In this document: in pieces, positions 1 to 15,500 of the stretch | Layout: every line of letters starts with the position of its first letter | Numbering within the stretch: the first letter of the stretch is position 1 | The notes under the pieces: model-generated | What the model was told of the DNA's origin: nothing | What the model saw: only the letters and a program-made list of their open reading frames with translations | Databases searched by the model: none | NCBI RefSeq assembly: GCF_963921235.1 | Contig: NC_086108.1 | Coordinates: 2,294,001-2,358,000, forward strand | Source: Mobula hypostoma | Lineage: Eukaryota | Length of the DNA stretch: 64,000 nucleotides | Direction: 5' to 3' | Program-made: the position numbers and the translations under genes

Positions 1-510
1 GTCTATTCCCATTCCCTCTCCTGACAGTGACCCAGCTACCTGTCTCCTGACTCTTAGGGGTGACTGTCTCCCTGTAACTCCTGTTTATTTCTGCCTCTGC
101 CTCACGAATGATCTGAAGTTCATCCAGCTCCAGCACCAGTTCCCTAACTCAGTTTGTCAGGAGCTGCAGCTGGATGCACCTTTCACAGGTGTAATCATCA
201 GGGACAATTGTGCTCACCCTGAACTCCCACATCCTACAAACGGAGCACTCAACTGTCCAAACTGCTATCTCCATTACCTACTGTTAAGGCAATTAGATTT
301 ATTAAAGGAACTTAAACTGCCTTACCTCACTTGGAGTGAAGCTCTTCCTCAGCCTCTGCTCGCCAAACCCTCAGGAGCCAAAGCCTTCGTACTCTGTCTC
401 CCTCTACACCGTCACCCGCTCCGTTAATCAGCTCACTATTAAATACTCCCAGTACCTCACGGTACACCTTACATGTGCTTGCGCAGTCGTGCCCCGCAAC
501 TGCCGAAGAA
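1..510 (-). mobile_element. CR1-type LINE 5' portion (5'UTR plus ORF1 N-terminus), runs off the window edge; in-frame stop
   Basis: Manual translation from ATG at 274 (minus): MEIAVWTVECSVCRMWEFRVSTIVPDDYTCERCIQLQLLTN*VRELVLELDELQIIRE...GSWVTVRRG. It has the same CxxC..CxxC and leucine-zipper layout as ORF1 at 38770-39711. The TGA stop is at 149-151. Confidence 0.85.
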
Positions 511-519
511 AATGCTCCT

Positions 520-3500
520 GAGCTGTTGTGCTGTTGTAAATTGTGGCGCATCTGTACAGATGGACATTATGGAGCTGTAGTGCTGTTCGAGATTCAGAAG
601 CTGTGGAGTTGATGGAGATTGTGAAGCTGTGTTACTGATGGAGATTGTGAAGCTGTGTTACTGATGGAGATTGTGAAGCTGTGTTACTGATGGAGATTGT
701 GAAGCTGTGGTGTTGACGGAGATTAGGTGATGTGGTGTTGATGAAGATTATGAAGCTGTGGTGTTGATGGAGATTGGGTGATGCGGTGTTGATGGAGATT
801 GTGAATCTGTGGTGTTCATGGACTTTGTGAACCAGTGGTGTTGATGGAGACTGAGAAGCTGTGGTGTTGATGGAGATTGGAAGCTGTTGTGTTGTTGGCG
901 ATTTTGACGCTGTAGTGTTGATGGAGATTGTGAAGCTGTGGTGTTCATGGAGTTTGTGAACCTGTGGTGTTGATGGAGATTGGAAGCTGTGGTGTTGATG
1001 GAGATTGGAAGCTGTGGTATAGATGGCGATTGTGACGCTGTAGTGTTGATGGAGATTGTGAAGCTGAGGTGTAGGTGGAGATCGGGTGTTGTTGTGTTGA
1101 TGGAGATTGGGTGACATGGTGTTGATGGAGATTGTGAAGCCGTGGTGTTGAAGGAGATTGTGAAGCTGTGGTGTTGATGGAGATTGTGAAGCTGTGGTGT
1201 TGATGGAGATTGTGAAGCTGTGGTGTTGAAGGAGATTGGGTGATGTGGTGTTGATGGAGATTGTGAAGCTGTGGTGTTGATGGAGATTGGGTGATGTTGT
1301 GTTGATGGAGAGAGTGTGATGTGGTGTTCATGGAGCTTGGGTGATGTGGTGTTGATGGAGATTGGGTGTTGCGGTGCTGATGCAGATTGTGAAGTTGTGG
1401 TGTTGATGGAGATTGTGAAGCTGTGGTGTTGACGGAGATTAGGTGATGTGGTGTTGATGAAGATTATGAAGCTGTGGTGTTGATGGAGATTGGGTGATGC
1501 GGTGTTGATGGAGATTGTAAACCTGTGGTGTTGATGGAGATTGGAAGCTGTGGTGTTGATGGAGATTGGAAGCTGTGGTGTTGATGGAGATTGGAAGCTG
1601 TGGTGTTGATGGCGATTGTGACGCTGTGGTGTTGATGGAGATTGTGAAGCTGAGGTGTAGGTGGAGATCGGGTGTTGTTGTGTTGATGGAGATTGGGTGA
1701 CATGGTGTTGATGGAGATTGTGAAGCCGTGGTGTTGAAGGAGATTGTGAAGCTGTGGTGTTGATGGAGATTGGGTGATGTGGTGTTGATGGAGATTGTGA
1801 AGCTGTGGTGTTGATGGAGATTGTGAAGCTGTGGTGTTGATGGAGATTGGGTGATGTGGTGTTGATGGAGATTGTGAAGCTGTGGTGTTGATGGAGATTG
1901 GGTGATGTTGTGTTGATGGAGAGAGTGTGATGTGGTGCTCATGGAGCTTGGGTGATGTGGTGTTGATGGAGATTGGGTGTTGCGGTGCTGATGCAGATTG
2001 TGAAGTTGTGGTGTTGATGGAGTTTGTGAAGCTGTGGTGTTGATGGAGATTGTGAAGCTGTGTTACTGATGGAGATTGTGAAGCTGTGGTGTTGACGGAG
2101 ATTAGGTGATGTGGTGTTGATGAAGATTATGAAGCTGTGGTGTTGATGGAGATTGGGTGATGCGGTGTTGATGGAGATTGTGAATCTGTGGTGTTGATGG
2201 AGATTGGAAGCTGTTGTGTTGTTGGCGATTTTGACGCTGTAGTGTTGATGGAGATTGTGAAGCTGTGGTGTTCATGGAGTTTGTGAACCTGTGGTGTTGA
2301 TGGAGATTGGAAGCTGTGGTGTTGATGGAGATTGGAAGCTGTGGTGCTGATGGCGATTGTGACGCTGTGGTGTTGATGGAGATTGTGAAGCTGAGGTGTA
2401 GGTGGAGATCGGGTGTTGTTGTGTTGATGGAGATTGGGTGATGTGGTGTTGGTGGAGATTCTGAAGCTGTGGTGTTGATGGAGATGATGGAGCTGTGGTG
2501 TTGATAGATATTGGGTGATGTGGTGTTGATGGAGACTGTGAAGCCGTTGTGCTGATGGAGATTGGGTGATGTGGTGTTGATGGAGATTGTGAAGCTGTGG
2601 TGTTGATGGAGATTGGGTGATGTAGTGTTGATGGAGATTGGGTGATGTGGTGTTGATGGAGATTGTGAAGCTGTGGTGTTGATGGAGATTGTGAAGCTGT
2701 GGTGTTGATGGAGATTGGGTGATGTGGTGTTGATGGAGATTGTGAAGCTGTGGTGTTGATGGAGATTGGGTGATGTGGTGTTGATGGAGATTGTGAAGCT
2801 GTGGTGTTGATGGAGATTGGGTGATGTGGCATTGACGGAGATTGTGAGGCTGTGGTGTTAATGGAGATTGTGAAGCTGTGGTGTTGATGGATATTCTGAA
2901 TCTGTGGTGTTGATGGAGATTATGGAGTTGTGCTGTTGATGGAGATTGGCTGAGATGGTGTTGATGGAGATTGGGGTCTGTGGTGTTGATGGAGATTGGG
3001 TCATGTGGTGTTGATGGCGATTGTGAAGCTGTGGTGTTGATGGACATTGTGAAGCTGTGATGTTGATGGAGTTTGTGAAGCTGCGGTGTTGATGGAGATT
3101 GTGAAGCTGAGGTTTAGATGGAGACTGGGTATTGTTCTGTTAATGGAGATTGGGTGATGTGGTGTTGATGGAGATTGTGAAGCTGTGGTGTTGATGGAGA
3201 TTGGGTGATGTAGTGTTGATGGAGATTGGGTGATGTGGTGTTGATGGAGATTGTGAAGCTGTGGTGTTGATGGAGATTGTGAAGCTGTGGTGTTGATGGA
3301 GATTGGGTGATGTGGTGTTGATGGAGATTGTGAAGCTGTGGTGTTGATGGAGATTGGGTGATGTGGTGTTGATGGAGATTGTGAAGCTGTGGTGTTGATG
3401 GAGATTGGGTGATGTGGCATTGACGGAGATTGTGAGGCTGTGGTGTTAATGGAGATTGTGAAGCTGTGGTGTTGATGGATATTCTGAATCTGTGGTGTTG

Positions 3501-6500
3501 ATGGAGATTATGGAGTTGTGCTGTTGATGGAGATTGGCTGAGATGGTGTTGATGGAGATTGGGGTCTGTGGTGTTGATGGAGATTGGGTCATGTGGTGTT
3601 GATGGCGATTGTGAAGCTGTGGTGTTGATGGACATTGTGAAGCTGTGATGTTGATGGAGTTTGTGAAGCTGCGGTGTTGATGGAGATTGTGAAGCTGAGG
3701 TTTAGATGGAGACTGGGTATTGTTCTGTTAATGGAGATTGGGTGATGTGGTGTTGATGGAGATTGTGAAGCTGTGCTGTTGATGGATATTCTGAAGCTGT
3801 GGTGTTGATGGAGAGTATGGAGTTGTGGTGTTGATGGAGATTGGCAGATATGGTGTTGATGGAGATTGGTTCTGTGGTATTGATGGAGATTGGGTCATGT
3901 GGTGTTGATGGAGATTGGGTGATGTGGTGTTGATGGAGATTGGGTGATGTGGTGTTGAGGGAGATTGGGTGATGGGGTGTTTTTGGATATTGGGTGATGC
4001 GGTGTTGATGGAGATTGTGAAGCTGTGGTGTTCATGGACTTTGTGAACCTGTGGTGTTGATGGAGATTGAGAAGCTGTGGTGTTGATGGAGATTAGAAGC
4101 TGTGGTGTTGATGTCAATTTTGATGCTGTAGTGTTGATGGAGATTGTGAAGCTGTGGTGTTCATGGACTTTGTGAACCTGAGGTGTTGATGGAGATTGAA
4201 AAGCTGTGGTGTTGATGTAGATTGGGTGATGTGGTGTTGATGGAGTTTGTGAAGCTGTGGAGTTGATGGAGATTGGGTGATGTGGCGTTGACGGAGATTG
4301 TGAAGCTGTGGTGTTGATGAAGATTGTGAAGCCATGGTGTTGATGGAGTTTGTGAAGCTGTGGTATGGATGGAGATTATGAAGCTGTGGTGTTGATGGAG
4401 ATTGGGTGATGTGGTGTTGATGGAGATTATGAAGCTGTGGTGTTGATGGAGATTGTGAAGCTGCAGTGTTCATGGACTTTGTGAACCAATGGTGTTGATG
4501 GAGACTGAGAAGCTGTGGTGTTGACGGAGATTGGAAGCTGTTGTGTTGATGGCGATTTTGACGCTGTAGTGTTGATGGAGATTGTGAAGCTGTGGTGTTC
4601 ATGGAGTTTGTGAACCTGTGGTGTTGATGGAGACTGAGAAGCTGTGGTGTTGATGGAGATTGGAAGCTGTTGTGTTGTTGGCGATTTTGACGCTGTAGTG
4701 TTGATGGAGATTGTGAAGCTGTGGTGTTCATGGAGTTTGTGAACCTGTGGTGTTGATGGAGATTGGAAGCTGTGGTGTTGATGGAGATTGGAAGCTGTGG
4801 TATAGATGGCGATTGTGACGCTGTAGTGTTGATGGAGATTGTGAAGCTGAGGTGTAGGTGGAGATCGGGTGTTGTTGTGTTGATGGAGATTGGGTGACAT
4901 GGTGTTGATGGAGATTGTGAAGCCGTGGTGTTGAAGGAGATTGTGAAGCTGTGGTGTTGATGGAGATTGTGAAGCTGTGGTGTTGATGGAGATTGTGAAG
5001 CTGTGGTGTTGATGGAGATTGGGTGATGTGGTGTTGATGGAGATTGTGAAGCTGTGGTGTTGATGGAGATTGGGTGATGTTGTGTTGATGGAGAGAGTGT
5101 GATGTGGTGTTCATGGAGCTTGGGTGATGTGGTGTTGATGGAGATTGGGTGTTGCGGTGCTGATGCAGATTGTGAAGTTGTGGTGTTGATGGAGTTTGTG
5201 AAGCTGTGGTGTTGATGGAGATTGTGAAGCTGTGGTGTTGACGGAGATTAGGTGATGTGGTGTTGATGAAGATTATGAAGCTGTGGTGTTGATGGAGATT
5301 GGGTGATGCGGTGTTGATGGAGATTGTAAACCTGTGGTGTTGATGGAGATTGGAAGCTGTGGTGTTGATGGAGATTGGAAGCTGTGGTGTTGATGGAGAT
5401 TGGAAGCTGTGGTGTTGATGGAGATTGTGACGCTGTGGTGTTGATGGAGATTGTGAAGCTGAGGTGTAGGTGGAGATCGGGTGTTGTTGTGTTGATGGAG
5501 ATTGGGTGACATGGTGTTGATGGAGATTGTGAAGCCGTGGTGTTGAAGGAGATTGTGAAGCTGTGGTGTTGATGGAGATTGGGTGATGTGGTGTTGATGG
5601 AGATTGTGAAGCTGTGGTGTTGATGGAGATTGTGAAGCTGTGGTGTTGATGGAGATTGGGTGATGTGGTGTTGATGGAGATTGTGAAGCTGTGGTGTTGA
5701 TGGAGATTGGGTGATGTTGTGTTGATGGAGAGAGTGTGATGTGGTGCTCATGGAGCTTGGGTGATGTGGTGTTGATGGAGATTGGGTGTTGCGGTGCTGA
5801 TGCAGATTGTGAAGTTGTGGTGTTGATGGAGTTTGTGAAGCTGTGGTGTTGATGGAGATTGTGAAGCTGTGTTACTGATGGAGATTGTGAAGCTGTGGTG
5901 TTGACGGAGATTAGGTGATGTGGTGTTGATGAAGATTATGAAGCTGTGGTGTTGATGGAGATTGGGTGATGCGGTGTTGATGGAGATTGTGAATCTGTGG
6001 TGTTGATGGAGATTGGAAGCTGTTGTGTTGTTGGCGATTTTGACGCTGTAGTGTTGATGGAGATTGTGAAGCTGTGGTGTTCATGGAGTTTGTGAACCTG
6101 TGGTGTTGATGGAGATTGGAAGCTGTGGTGTTGATGGAGATTGGAAGCTGTGGTGCTGATGGCGATTGTGACGCTGTGGTGTTGATGGAGATTGTGAAGC
6201 TGAGGTGTAGGTGGAGATCGGGTGTTGTTGTGTTGATGGAGATTGGGTGATGTGGTGTTGGTGGAGATTCTGAAGCTGTGGTGTTGATGGAGATGATGGA
6301 GCTGTGGTGTTGATAGATATTGGGTGATGTGGTGTTGATGGAGACTGTGAAGCCGTTGTGCTGATGGAGATTGGGTGATGTGGTGTTGATGGAGATTGTG
6401 AAGCTGTGGTGTTGATGGAGATTGGGTGATGTAGTGTTGATGGAGATTGGGTGATGTGGTGTTGATGGAGATTGTGAAGCTGTGGTGTTGATGGAGATTG

Positions 6501-9500
6501 TGAAGCTGTGGTGTTGATGGAGATTGGGTGATGTGGTGTTGATGGAGATTGTGAAGCTGTGGTGTTGATGGAGATTGGGTGATGTGGTGTTGATGGAGAT
6601 TGTGAAGCTGTGGTGTTGATGGAGATTGGGTGATGTGGCATTGACGGAGATTGTGAGGCTGTGGTGTTAATGGAGATTGTGAAGCTGTGGTGTTGATGGA
6701 TATTCTGAATCTGTGGTGTTGATGGAGATTATGGAGTTGTGCTGTTGATGGAGATTGGCTGAGATGGTGTTGATGGAGATTGGGGTCTGTGGTGTTGATG
6801 GAGATTGGGTCATGTGGTGTTGATGGCGATTGTGAAGCTGTGGTGTTGATGGACATTGTGAAGCTGTGATGTTGATGGAGTTTGTGAAGCTGCGGTGTTG
6901 ATGGAGATTGTGAAGCTGAGGTTTAGATGGAGACTGGGTATTGTTCTGTTAATGGAGATTGGGTGATGTGGTGTTGATGGAGATTGTGAAGCTGTGGTGT
7001 TGATGGAGATTGTGAAGCTGTAGTGTTGATGGAGATTGGGTGATGTGGTGTTGATGGAGATTGTGAAGCTGTGGTGTTGATGGAGATTGTGAAGCTGTGG
7101 TGTTGATGGAGATTGGGTGATGTGGTGTTGATGGAGATTGTGAAGCTGTGGTGTTGATGGAGATTGGGTGATGTGGTGTTGATGGAGATTGTGAAGCTGT
7201 GGTGTTGATGGAGATTGGGTGATGTGGCATTGACGGAGATTGTGAGGCTGTGGTGTTAATGGAGATTGTGAAGCTGTGGTGTTGATGGATATTCTGAATC
7301 TGTGGTGTTGATGGAGATTATGGAGTTGTGCTGTTGATGGAGATTGGCTGAGATGGTGTTGATGGAGATTGGGGTCTGTGGTGTTGATGGAGATTGGGTC
7401 ATGTGGTGTTGATGGCGATTGTGAAGCTGTGGTGTTGATGGACATTGTGAAGCTGTGATGTTGATGGAGTTTGTGAAGCTGCGGTGTTGATGGAGATTGT
7501 GAAGCTGAGGTTTAGATGGAGACTGGGTATTGTTCTGTTAATGGAGATTGGGTGATGTGGTGTTGATGGAGATTGTGAAGCTGTGCTGTTGATGGATATT
7601 CTGAAGCTGTGGTGTTGATGGAGAGTATGGAGTTGTGGTGTTGATGGAGATTGGCAGATATGGTGTTGATGGAGATTGGTTCTGTGGTATTGATGGAGAT
7701 TGGGTCATGTGGTGTTGATGGAGATTGGGTGATGTGGTGTTGATGGAGATTGGGTGATGTGGTGTTGAGGGAGATTGGGTGATGGGGTGTTTTTGGATAT
7801 TGGGTAATGCGGTGTTGATGGAGATTGTGAAGCTGTGGTGTTCATGGACTTTGTGAACCTGTGGTGTTGATGGAGATTGAGAAGCTGTGGTGTTGATGGA
7901 GATTAGAAGCTGTGGTGTTGATGTCAATTTTGATGCTGTAGTGTTGATGGAGATTGTGAAGCTGTGGTGTTCATGGACTTTGTGAACCTGAGGTGTTGAT
8001 GGAGATTGAAAAGCTGTGGTGTTGATGTAGATTGGGTGATGTGGTGTTGATGGAGTTTGTGAAGCTGTGGAGTTGATGGAGATTGGGTGATGTGGCGTTG
8101 ACGGAGATTGTGAAGCTGTGGTGTTGATGAAGATTGTGAAGCCATGGTGTTGATGGAGTTTGTGAAGCTGTGGTATGGATGGAGATTATGAAGCTGTGGT
8201 GTTGATGGAGATTGGGTGAAGCTGTGGTGTTGATGGAGATTATGAAGCTGTGGTGTTGATGGAGATTGTGAAGCTGCAGTGTTCATGGACTTTGTGAACC
8301 AATGGTGTTGATGGAGACTGAGAAGCTGTGGTGTTGACGGAGATTGGAAGCTGTTGTGTTGATGGCGATTTTGACGCTGTAGTGTTGATGGAGATTGTGA
8401 AGCTGTGGTGTTCATGGAGTTTGTGAACCTGTGGTGTTGATGGAGACTGAGAAGCTGTGGTGTTGATGGAGATTGGAAGCTGTTGTGTTGTTGGCGATTT
8501 TGACGCTGTAGTGTTGATGGAGATTGTGAAGCTGTGGTGTTCATGGAGTTTGTGAACCTGTGGTGTTGATGGAGATTGGAAGCTGTGGTGTTGATGGAGA
8601 TTGGAAGCTGTGGTATAGATGGCGATTGTGACGCTGTAGTGTTGATGGAGATTGTGAAGCTGAGGTGTAGGTGGAGATCGGGTGTTGTTGTGTTGATGGA
8701 GATTGGGTGACATGGTGTTGATGGAGATTGTGAAGCCGTGGTGTTGAAGGAGATTGTGAAGCTGTGGTGTTGATGGAGATTGTGAAGCTGTGGTGTTGAT
8801 GGAGATTGTGAAGCTGTGGTGTTGATGGAGATTGGGTGATGTGGTGTTGATGGAGATTGTGAAGCTGTGGTGTTGATGGAGATTGGGTGATGTTGTGTTG
8901 ATGGAGAGAGTGTGATGTGGTGTTCATGGAGCTTGGGTGATGTGGTGTTGATGGAGATTGGGTGTTGCGGTGCTGATGCAGATTGTGAAGTTGTGGTGTT
9001 GATGGAGTTTGTGAAGCTGTGGTGTTGATGGAGATTGTGAAGCTGTGGTGTTGACGGAGATTAGGTGATGTGGTGTTGATGAAGATTATGAAGCTGTGGT
9101 GTTGATGGAGATTGGGTGATGCGGTGTTGATGGAGATTGTAAACCTGTGGTGTTGATGGAGATTGGAAGCTGTGGTGTTGATGGAGATTGGAAGCTGTGG
9201 TGTTGATGGCGATTGTGACGCTGTGGTGTTGATGGAGATTGTGAAGCTGAGGTGTTGACGGAGATTAGGTGATGTGGTGTTGATGAAGATTATGAAGCTG
9301 TGGTGTTGATGGAGATTGGGTGATGCGGTGTTGATGGAGATTGTGAATCTGTGGTGTTGATGGAGATTGGAAGCTGTTGTGTTGTTGGCGATTTTGACGC
9401 TGTAGTGTTGATGGAGATTGTGAAGCTGTGGTGTTCATGGAGTTTGTGAACCTGTGGTGTTGATGGAGATTGGAAGCTGTGGTGTTGATGGAGATTGGAA

Positions 9501-12500
9501 GCTGTGGTGCTGATGGCGATTGTGACGCTGTGGTGTTGATGGAGATTGTGAAGCTGAGGTGTAGGTGGAGATCGGGTGTTGTTGTGTTGATGGAGATTGG
9601 GTGATGTGGTGTTGGTGGAGATTCTGAAGCTGTGGTGTTGATGGAGATGATGGAGCTGTGGTGTTGATAGATATTGGGTGATGTGGTGTTGATGGAGACT
9701 GTGAAGCCGTTGTGCTGATGGAGATTGGGTGATGTGGTGTTGATGGAGATTGTGAAGCTGTGGTGTTGATGGAGATTGGGTGATGTTGTGTTGATGGAGA
9801 GAGTGTGATGTGGTGTTCATGGAGCTTGGGTGATGTGGTGTTGATGGAGATTGGGTGTTGCGGTGCTGATGCAGATTGTGAAGTTGTGGTGTTGATGGAG
9901 TTTGTGAAGCTGTGGTGTTGATGGAGATTGTGAAGCTGTGGTGTTGACGGAGATTAGGTGATGTGGTGTTGATGAAGATTATGAAGCTGTGGTGTTGATG
10001 GAGATTGGGTGATGCGGTGTTGATGGAGATTGTAAACCTGTGGTGTTGATGGAGATTGGAAGCTGTGGTGTTGATGGAGATTGGTAGCTGTGGTGTTGAT
10101 GGAGATTGGAAGCTGTGGTGTTGATGGCGATTGTGACGCTGTGGTGTTGATGGAGATTGTGAAGCTGAGGTGTAGGTGGAGATCGGGTGTTGTTGTGTTG
10201 ATGGAGATTGGGTGACATGGTGTTGATGGAGATTGTGAAGCCGTGGTGTTGAAGGAGATTGTGAAGCTGTGGTGTTGATGGAGATTGGGTGATGTGGTGT
10301 TGATGGAGATTGTGAAGCTGTGGTGTTGATGGAGATTGTGAAGCTGTGGTGTTGATGGAGATTGGGTGATGTGGTGTTGATGGAGATTGTGAAGCTGTGG
10401 TGTTGATGGAGATTGGGTGATGTTGTGTTGATGGAGAGAGTGTGATGTGGTGCTCATGGAGCTTGGGTGATGTGGTGTTGATGGAGATTGGGTGTTGCGG
10501 TGCTGATGCAGATTGTGAAGTTGTGGTGTTGATGGAGTTTGTGAAGCTGTGGTGTTGATGGAGATTGTGAAGCTGTGTTACTGATGGAGATTGTGAAGCT
10601 GTGGTGTTGACGGAGATTAGGTGATGTGGTGTTGATGAAGATTATGAAGCTGTGGTGTTGATGGAGATTGGGTGATGCGGTGTTGATGGAGATTGTGAAT
10701 CTGTGGTGTTGATGGAGATTGGAAGCTGTTGTGTTTTTGGCGATTTTGACGCTGTAGTGTTGATGGAGATTGTGAAGCTGTGGTGTTCATGGAGTTTGTG
10801 AACCTGTGGTGTTGATGGAGATTGGAAGCTGTGGTGTTGATGGAGATTGGAAGCTGTGGTGCTGATGGCGATTGTGACGCTGTGGTGTTGATGGAGATTG
10901 TGAAGCTGAGGTGTAGGTGGAGATCGGGTGTTGTTGTGTTGATGGAGATTGGGTGATGTGGTGTTGGTGGAGATTCTGAAGCTGTGGTGTTGATGGAGAT
11001 GATGGAGCTGTGGTGTTGATAGATATTGGGTGATGTGGTGTTGATGGAGACTGTGAAGCCGTTGTGCTGATGGAGATTGGGTGATGTGGTGTTGATGGAG
11101 ATTGTGAAGCTGTGGTGTTGATGGAGATTGGGTGATGTTGTGTTGATGGAGAGAGTGTGATGTGGTGTTCATGGAGCTTGGGTGATGTGGTGTTGATGGA
11201 GATTGGGTGTTGCGGTGCTGATGCAGATTGTGAAGTTGTGGTGTTGATGGAGTTTGTGAAGCTGTGGTGTTGATGGAGATTGTGAAGCTGTGGTGTTGAC
11301 GGAGATTAGGTGATGTGGTGTTGATGAAGATTATGAAGCTGTGGTGTTGATGGAGATTGGGTGATGCGGTGTTGATGGAGATTGTAAACCTGTGGTGTTG
11401 ATGGAGATTGGAAGCTGTGGTGTTGATGGAGATTGGAAGCTGTGGTGTTGATGGAGATTGGAAGCTGTGGTGTTGATGGCGATTGTGACGCTGTGGTGTT
11501 GATGGAGATTGTGAAGCTGAGGTGTAGGTGGAGATCGGGTGTTGTTGTGTTGATGGAGATTGGGTGACATGGTGTTGAAGGAGATTGTGAAGCTGTGGTG
11601 TTGATGGAGATTGGGTGATGTGGTGTTGATGGAGATTGTGAAGCTGTGGTGTTGATGGAGATTGGGTGATGTGGTGTTGATGGAGATTGTGAAGCTGTGG
11701 TGTTGATGGAGATTGGGTAATGTTGTGTTGATGGAGAGAGTGTGATGTGGTGCTCATGGAGCTTGGGTGATGTGGTGTTGATGGAGATTGGGTGTTGCGG
11801 TGCTGATGCAGATTGTGAAGTTGTGGTGTTGATGGAGTTTGTGAAGCTGTGGTGTTGATGGAGATTGTGAAGCTGTGTTACTGATGGAGATTGTGAAGCT
11901 GTGGTGTTGACGGAGATTAGGTGATGTGGTGTTGATGAAGATTATGAAGCTGTGCTGTTGATGGAGATTGGGTGATGCGGTGTTGATGGAGATTGTGAAT
12001 CTGTGGTGTTGATGGAGATTGGAAGCTGTTGTGTTGTTGGCGATTTTGACGCTGTAGTGTTGATGGAGATTGTGAAGCTGTGGTGTTCATGGAGTTTGTG
12101 AACCTGTGGTGTTGATGGAGATTGGAAGCTGTGGTGTTGATGGAGATTGGAAGCTGTGGTGCTGATGGCGATTGTGACGCTGTGGTGTTGATGGAGATTG
12201 TGAAGCTGAGGTGTAGGTGGAGATCGGGTGTTGTTGTGTTGATGGAGATTGGGTGATGTGGTGTTGGTGGAGATTCTGAAGCTGTGGTGTTGATGGAGAT
12301 GATGGAGCTGTGGTGTTGATAGATATTGGGTGATGTGGTGTTGATGGAGACTGTGAAGCCGTTGTGCTGATGGAGATTGGGTGATGTGGTGTTGATGGAG
12401 ATTGTGAAGCTGTGGTGTTGATGGAGATTGGGTGATGTGGTGTTGATGGAGATTGTGAAGCTGTGGTGTTGATGGAGATTGTGAAGCTGTGGTGTTGATG

Positions 12501-15500
12501 GAGATTGGGTGATGTGGTGTTGATGGAGATTGTGAAGCTGTGGTGTTGATGGAGATTGGGTGATGTGGTGTTGATGGAGATTGTGAAGCTGTGGTGTTGA
12601 TGGAGATTGGGTGATGTGGCATTGACGGAGATTGTGAGGCTGTGGTGTTAATGGAGATTGTGAAGCTGTGGTGTTGATGGATATTCTGAATCTGTGGTGT
12701 TGATGGAGATTATGGAGTTGTGCTGTTGATGGAGATTGGCTGAGATGGTGTTGATGGAGATTGGGGTCTGTGGTGTTGATGGAGATTGGGTCATGTGGTG
12801 TTGATGGCGATTGTGAAGCTGTGGTGTTGATGGACATTGTGAAGCTGTGATGTTGATGGAGTTTGTGAAGCTGCGGTGTTGATGGAGATTGTGAAGCTGA
12901 GGTTTAGATGGAGACTGGGTATTGTTCTGTTAATGGAGATTGGGTGATGTGGTGTTGATGGAGATTGTGAAGCTGTGCTGTTGATGGATATTCTGAAGCT
13001 GTGGTGTTGATGGAGAGTATGGAGTTGTGGTGTTGATGGAGATTGGCAGATATGGTGTTGATGGAGATTGGTTCTGTGGTATTGATGGAGATTGGGTCAT
13101 GTGGTGTTGATGGAGATTGGGTGATGTGGTGTTGATGGAGATTGGGTGATGTGGTGTTGAGGGAGATTGGGTGATGGGGTGTTTTTGGATATTGGGTGAT
13201 GCGGTGTTGATGGAGATTGTGAAGCTGTGGTGTTCATGGACTTTGTGAACCTGTGGTGTTGATGGAGATTGAGAAGCTGTGGTGTTGATGGAGATTAGAA
13301 GCTGTGGTGTTGATGTCAATTTTGATGCTGTAGTGTTGATGGAGATTGTGAAGCTGTGGTGTTCATGGACCTTGTGAACCTGAGGTGTTGATGGAGATTG
13401 AAAAGCTGTGGTGTTGATGTAGATTGGGTGATGTGGTGTTGATGGAGTTTGTGAAGCTGTGGAGTTGATGGAGATTGGGTGATGTGGCGTTGATGGAGAT
13501 TGTGAAGCTGTGGTGTTGATGAAGATTGTGAAGCCATGGTGTTGATGGAGTTTGTGAAGCTGTGGTATGGATGGAGATTATGAAGCTGTGGTGTTGATGG
13601 AGATTGGGTGATGTGGTGTTGATGGAGATTATGAAGCTGTGGTGTTGATGGAGATTGTGAAGCTGCAGTGTTCATGGACTTTGTGAACCAGTGGTGTTGA
13701 TGGAGACTGAGAAGCTGTGGTGTTGACGGAGATTGGAAGCTGTTGTGTTGATGGCGATTTTGACGCTGTAGTGTTGATGGAGATTGTGAAGCTGTGGTGT
13801 TCATGGAGTTTGTGAACCTGTGGTGTTGATGGAGATTGAGAAGCTGTGGTGTTGATGTAGATTGTGAAGCTGAGGTGTAGATGGAGATCGGGTGTTGTTG
13901 TGTTGAAGGAGATTGGGTGACATGGTGTTGATGGAGATTGTGAAGCCGTGGTGTTGAAGGAGATTGTGAAGCTGTGGTGTTGATGGAGATTGGGTGATGT
14001 GGTGTTGATGGAGATTGTGAAGCTGTGGTGTTGATGGAGATTGGGTGATGTGCTGTTGATGGAGATTGCGAAGCTGTGGTGTTGATGGAGATTGTGAAGC
14101 TGTGGTTTGATGGAGATTGTGAAGCTGTGCTGTTGATGGATATTCTGAAGCTGTGGTGTTGATGGAGATTGGGTGATGTGGCATTGACAGAGATTGTGAG
14201 GCTGTGGTGTTAATGGAGATTGTGAAGCTGTGGTGTTGATGGATATTCTGAATCTGTGGTGTTGATGGAGATTATGGAGTTGTGCTGTTGATGGAGATTG
14301 GCTGAGATGGTGTTGATGGAGATTGGGGTCTGTGGTGTTGATGGAGATTGGGTGATGTGGTGTTGAGGGAGATTGGGTGAAGGGGTGTTTTTGGATATTG
14401 GGTGATGCGGTGTTGATGGAGATTGTGAAGCTGTGGTGTTCATGGACTTTGTGAACCTGCGGTGTTGATGGAGATTGTGAATCTGTGGTGTTGATGGAGA
14501 TTGGAAGCTGTGGTGTTGATGTCAATTTTGATGCTGTAGTGTTGATGGAGATTGTGAAGCTGTGGTGTTCATGGACTTTGTGAACCTGAGGTGTTGATGG
14601 AGATTGAAAAGCTGTGGTGTTGATGTAGATTGGGTGATGTGGTGTTGATGGAGTTTGTGAAGCTGTGGAGTTGATGGAGATTGGGTGATGTGGCGTTGAC
14701 GGAGATTGTGAAGCTGTGGTGTTGATGAAGATTGTGAAGCCATGGTGTTGATGGAGTTTGTGAAGCTGTGGTATGGATGGAGATTATGAAGCTGTGGTGT
14801 TGATGGAGATTGGGTGATGTGGTGTTGATGGAGATTATGAAGCTGTGGTGTTGATGGAGATTGTGAAGCTGCAGTGTTCATGGACTTTGTGAACCAGTGG
14901 TGTTGATGGAGACTGAGAAGCTGTGGTGTTGACGGAGATTGGAAGCTGTTGTGTTGATGGCGATTTTGACGCTGTAGTGTTGATGGAGATTGTGAAGCTG
15001 TGGTGTTCATGGAGTTTGTGAACCTGTGGTGTTGATGGAGATTGAGAAGCTATGGTGTTGATGGAGATTGTGAAGCTGAGGTGTAGGTGGAGATCGGGTG
15101 TTGTTGTGTTGATGGAGATTGGGTGACATGGTGTTGATGGAGATTGTGAAGCCGTGGTGTTGAAGGAGATTGTGAAGCTGTGGTGTTGATGGAGATTGCG
15201 AAGCTGTGGTGTTGATGGAGATTGTGAAGCTGTGGTTTGATGGAGATTGTGAAGCTGTGCTGTTGATGGATTTTCTGAAGCTGTGGTGTTGATGGAGAGT
15301 ATGGAGTTGTGGTGTTGATGGAGATTGGCAGATATGGTGTTGATGGAGATTGGTTCTGTGGTATTGATGGAGATTGGGTCATGTGGTGTTGATGGAGATT
15401 GGGTGATGTGGTGTTGATGGAGATTGGGTGATGTGGTGTTGAGGGAGATTGGGTGATGGGGTGTTTTTGGATATTGGGTGATGCGGTGTTGATGGAGATT